Shown: piece by piece, positions 63,032 through 64,000 of the stretch | How the letters are laid out: each line of letters opens with the position of its first letter | Position numbering within the stretch: the stretch's first letter is position 1 | Source of the DNA: Macrostomum lignano | Lineage: Eukaryota | DNA: 64,000 nucleotides | Assembly: GCA_002269645.1 (NCBI GenBank) | Contig: NIVC01003114.1 | Span: 31,373-95,372, forward strand | Reading direction: 5' to 3' | Made by a program: the position numbers and the translations under genes | The notes under the pieces: generated by a model | Told to the model about the DNA's origin: nothing | The model's input: the letters and a program-made list of their open reading frames with translations, nothing else | The model's database searches: none

Positions 63032-64000
63032 TCAGTCCTTGTCCAAGCACGAGTTCACGTGCTCCTGCATCGAGGCCTGCTTCGGCACCGGACAGTTGCA
63101 CACCGGACACACCGTCTCGTGGTATTCGATTTTGTTGACGGCTACCGCCGGCTTCTTCTTCCTGGGATTCTTCGACACATTGGAAGTCGATTGATTGTTC
63201 TCATCCTCGCTAGATGACGAGCGAATCTCGTACACGGCGTCGGCTCCGCTGCACAAGGAGATTCGGGCGCCAGCTAACAGCTTCTGGCGGCGGCCAGAGC
63301 TCCAGCAGGAGAAACTGCAGCGGCGGCGCTGGGGGCAGATTGCGCGGCCCAGCCGAATGTATTCAGTCTCTGCTGGCTGTTGCTGCCGTGGACCAGCGGC
63401 TGACCTGCGCTGTTATTCGTATTTGTATTGCTAATTTTGCTCCTAGAAGACGGAGTGAAGTCAGCATCGTCCGGGTCCTGATCATTTTTATCGTCGTTGC
63501 TCAACAGGCGCTTTCTATTAGGCTGCAGCTTCAAATTCGAAGGACCAGAAGTTGCGGGCGGATCAACGACAATTACACCGGGCTCCGACTGCTGCGACTG
63601 ACTAGCAGAAGACGACTGAGACTGGCCCAGGAATTCGGCCATTGACATGTTCGGGTCGCTGTGTGCGTACGTAATCAACGGGCCAATCAGCTTCGGACGA
63701 GGCGCCGCCTCTCTTGGCCAGCGCCAATCGGCGCGCGACCTCCTCGGCGCGGAATGCGCGCAGAGCGGCTAGGCGCTGTTCGATAGACGCGGCCTGGCGC
63801 CGGGGCCCACGGGTCTGAGGGCACTCCGGCCGCTCTGAGTTGGCGCAGGCGCCACTCGTCAGCGGACCCGGGCCGGCTTTGTGGCGCCGCCAGGCCAGAG
63901 CTCCGGCACCAGGCGCAGCGGATCCAGCGCCGTAGTCGACAGAAACGACGAAGAAGACGCAGCGGACGGCTGCTGACGGCCAGCGAGGGCTGTAGCAAAA
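63032..64000 (-). CDS. 3' part of a protein with a PIP-box-like motif and C-terminal UBZ4 zinc finger, frameshifted; 5' end outside the window
   Basis: CPVCNCPVPKQASMQEHVNSCLDKD* (C2HC UBZ) and QQRLNTFGW (QxxLxxF); coding sense is spread over ORFs 63687-63998, 63274-63678 and 63032-63256. Confidence 0.7.

Overview
Eukaryotic animal genomic DNA with spliceosomal GT-AG introns, GC-rich exons and introns packed with tandem repeats. By style it is most likely a free-living flatworm such as Macrostomum (inference). Hand-assembled genes: a 15-exon TRPM channel (+, 2466-14057); five consecutive minus-strand genes (MNAT1, MRPS16, a MYND-finger protein, a degenerate ArgRS/DALRD3-like protein, diacylglycerol lipase); an unresolved small signal-peptide gene; a frameshifted calpain; and the 3' part of a PIP-box/UBZ protein. 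Mobile DNA includes two tRNA-derived SINE families, a decayed Ngaro/PAT-type element with split direct repeats, a TIR MITE, a younger Ngaro/DIRS-type element and a 5'-truncated RTE-like LINE. The most striking feature is a sharply bounded ~8 kb block (about 41.0-49.2 kb) depleted of CpG. Its internal duplicated repeats differ almost only by C>T/G>A transitions at CpG and also at CpA/TpG, a RIP-like signature not expected in an animal. All alignments and counts were done by eye.
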